Origin: Dickeya solani IPO 2222
GTDB taxonomy: Bacteria; Pseudomonadota; Gammaproteobacteria; Enterobacterales; Enterobacteriaceae
NCBI RefSeq assembly: GCF_001644705.1
Contig: NZ_CP015137.1
Location: 1,650,001 to 1,682,000 of the forward strand
DNA: 32,000 nucleotides
Direction: 5' to 3'
Shown piece by piece: positions 30,123-32,000 of this stretch (position 1 is the stretch's first letter; each line of letters opens with the position of its first letter). The notes below the pieces were generated by a model. The model was not told the origin of the DNA and made no database searches. It was given only the letters and a program-made list of their open reading frames with translations. The position numbers were made by a program, and so were the translations under genes.

Positions 30123-31121
30123 ATGAATAATTCTTCTCAGCGTAGCGCGAGTTTTCAGCCCTTACCGGGCGTGCGCAATCCGCACCTGCAGACGCTGTTG
30201 CCGCGCCTGCTTCGCCGCCATCCGGCCCTGAAGCCGGTGTGGCAGAGGCTGACCATGCCGGACGGGGATTTTGTTGATCTCGCCTGGAGCGAAGCACCGG
30301 CTCAGGCGCAGCACAAACCTCGCGTGGTGCTGTTTCATGGGCTGGAAGGCAGTTTTCACAGCCCTTACGCCCACGGTCTGATGACCGCCTGTCAGCGGCG
30401 CGGCTGGCTGGCGGTGATGATGCACTTTCGCGGTTGCAGCGGGCAACCCAACCGTCTACCGCGCGCTTATCACGCCGGTGAAACCGAAGACGCTCGCTAT
30501 TTCCTGCACTGGCTGAACCAGACACTGGGGGCCGCCCCTACGGCGGCGGTCGGAGTATCGCTGGGCGGCAACATGCTGGCCTGCCTGCTAAGCCGTCAGG
30601 ACGCGCCCTGTACGCTGAACGCCGCGGCAATCGTCTCCGCGCCGCTGATGCTGGAGCCTTGCAGCCGCCGTCTGGAGCACGGGTTTTCCCGGCTGTACCA
30701 GTCGTATCTGCTCAATCTGCTGCGCCGCAGTGCCTTGCGCAAGCTTTCCGCCTACCCCGATTGCCTGCCCGTTTCCGCCACGAGGCTGCGGCAGGTACGC
30801 CGCCTGAGAGAGTTTGATGATCTGATCACCGCCCGGCTGCATGGCTTTGCCGACGCGACAGAGTATTACCGACGCAGTAGCGCGCTGCCGCAGTTGTCGC
30901 ACATCCGTCAGCCGTTGTTGATTATTCAGGCCCAGGACGATCCGTTTATGACGCCGGCCGTGATCCCCGATACATCGCAATTGCCGGCCAACATCGACTA
31001 TCAACTGACGGAATGCGGCGGCCATGTCGGCTTTGTCGGCGGGTCATGGCGCAAACCCGAACTGTGGCTGGAACACCGTATTCCCGACTGGTTTACCCCT
31101 TATCTGGAGCAGAGTGCATGA
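30123..31121 (+). CDS. yheT: Alpha/beta-fold hydrolase YheT
   Basis: 332-aa ORF. Shows LFHGLEGS, the nucleophile-elbow-like GVSLGGNML, and DDPFM near the C-terminus. Position upstream of yheU with an ATGA overlap, as in E. coli. Confidence 0.88.
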   Translation: MNNSSQRSASFQPLPGVRNPHLQTLLPRLLRRHPALKPVWQRLTMPDGDFVDLAWSEAPAQAQHKPRVVLFHGLEGSFHSPYAHGLMTACQRRGWLAVMMHFRGCSGQPNRLPRAYHAGETEDARYFLHWLNQTLGAAPTAAVGVSLGGNMLACLLSRQDAPCTLNAAAIVSAPLMLEPCSRRLEHGFSRLYQSYLLNLLRRSALRKLSAYPDCLPVSATRLRQVRRLREFDDLITARLHGFADATEYYRRSSALPQLSHIRQPLLIIQAQDDPFMTPAVIPDTSQLPANIDYQLTECGGHVGFVGGSWRKPELWLEHRIPDWFTPYLEQSA

Positions 31122-31354
31122 TCATTCCCTGGCAAGAACTGGCTCAGGAAACGCTGCAAAATCTGATTGAATCGTTCGTCCTGCGCGAAGGGACCGACTA
31201 CGGCGAGCAGGAGCGAACGCTGGAAGAAAAAGTGGCTGATGTACGCCAGCAACTGGCGCAGGGCGACGTGGTGCTGGTGTGGTCGGAACTGCATGAAACC
31301 GTCAATATCATGCCCCGCAGCCAGCTCAGCAGCGGTGAGCAGTATCAGCCCTGA
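31118..31354 (+). CDS. yheU: UPF0270 family protein YheU
   Basis: Track ORF 31013..31354, trimmed to the ATG at 31118. The sequence is [46 protein letters not shown]...[18 protein letters not shown], 78 aa. Closely resembles E. coli YheU over its whole length. Confidence 0.9.
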   Translation: MIIPWQELAQETLQNLIESFVLREGTDYGEQERTLEEKVADVRQQLAQGDVVLVWSELHETVNIMPRSQLSSGEQYQP

Positions 31355-31423
31355 ATCAATCGCTTAAAAACGTAAATTGGCGTGTCACCGCGGTATAAAC
31401 ATGCTAACAATTATCAGATATCT

Positions 31424-31480
31424 CTGACCGGAGTTGGCACCGTTCACCGGAGGTTGCCCCATTCACTGGAGGTTACACAC
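31424..31480 (+). repeat. Three head-to-tail 19-bp direct repeats, each containing GGAG, abutting the prkB start
   Basis: ctgaccggagttggcaccg (31424-31442), ttcaccggaggttgcccca (31443-31461) and ttcactggaggttacacac (31462-31480). By my count, copies 2 and 3 match at 14/19 and copies 1 and 2 at 12/19. The last GGAGG is the prkB SD sequence. Confidence 0.65.
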
Positions 31481-31481
31481 C

Positions 31482-32000
31482 ATGTCGCACCAGCATCCGA
31501 TTATCGCGGTCACCGGCTCCAGCGGTGCAGGGACTACCACCACCAGCCTGGCGTTTCGCAAAATTTTCCAGCAACTGAATCTTCGCGCCGCGCTGGTGGA
31601 CGGCGACAGCTATCACCGTTACACCCGGCCGGAAATGGACATGGCGATCCGCAAAGCACGGGATCTGGGCCGCCACATCAGCTATTTCGGGCCGGAAGCA
31701 AACGATTTCTGCCAGTTGGAACACACCTTCATCGAATACGGCCTCAGCGGTAGCGGCCAGACCCGCAAATACCTGCACACTTACGACGAGGCGATTCCCT
31801 ACAATCAGGTGCCCGGCACCTTCACCCCCTGGGAGCCGATGCCGGAACCGACCGACCTGTTGTTTTACGAGGGGCTGCACGGCGGCGTGGTCACCGACCA
31901 GCACGATGTGGCTCAGCATGTCGACCTGCTGGTCGGCGTGGTGCCGATCGTCAACCTGGAATGGATTCAGAAGCTGGTGCGCGATATCAACGAGCGCGGT
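31482..32000 (+). CDS. prkB: Phosphoribulokinase homologue PrkB, N-terminal 173 codons (runs off the right edge)
   Basis: Absent from the ORF track because it has no in-window stop. From the ATG at 31482 it reads MSHQHPIIAVTGSSGAGTTTTSLAFRKIF.QLNL...GDS.HRYTRPEMDMAIRKARD.GRHISYFGPEANDF...LVGVVPIVNLEWIQKL. Closely resembles E. coli PrkB. Confidence 0.94.
   Translation, partial: MSHQHPIIAVTGSSGAGTTTTSLAFRKIFQQLNLRAALVDGDSYHRYTRPEMDMAIRKARDLGRHISYFGPEANDFCQLEHTFIEYGLSGSGQTRKYLHTYDEAIPYNQVPGTFTPWEPMPEPTDLLFYEGLHGGVVTDQHDVAQHVDLLVGVVPIVNLEWIQKLVRDINERG

Overview
This is a chromosomal window from a GC-rich Enterobacterales genome. The proteins are close orthologues of E. coli K-12 genes. A Pectobacteriaceae or Dickeya-like origin is only my guess. 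The backbone follows the E. coli order: tufA (partial)-fusA-rpsG-rpsL, tusB-tusC-tusD-yheO, fkpA, slyX, slyD, yheV, kefB-kefG, yheS, yheT-yheU, prkB (partial). Three blocks interrupt it. (1) About 6.1-15.8 kb holds eptA-pmrA-pmrB with a PmrA box. It also holds a MocR-controlled five-gene operon: a leaderless PhtD/NMT1-like SBP-fold protein, a YbeM/Nit1-like C-N hydrolase, and a 3-component polar amino-acid ABC importer. (2) About 17.1-23.9 kb holds an AraC regulator, an APH-family kinase, an Eat-type permease, a CPBP membrane protease and a Tat-signal bicupin oxalate decarboxylase. (3) About 29.4-30.0 kb holds a LysE-family exporter. I saw no rRNA, tRNA, CRISPR array, IS element or integrase. 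The best candidates for undescribed biology are the MocR operon (unknown substrate or pathway) and the permease-plus-kinase amino-alcohol module. Several perfect or near-perfect short tandem repeats (14-21 bp units) also stand out. Most sit directly upstream of start codons (eat, the CPBP gene, the oxdC-like gene, prkB); one sits at a stop codon (LysE gene). All functions are inferred by eye from remembered homologues; no searches were run.
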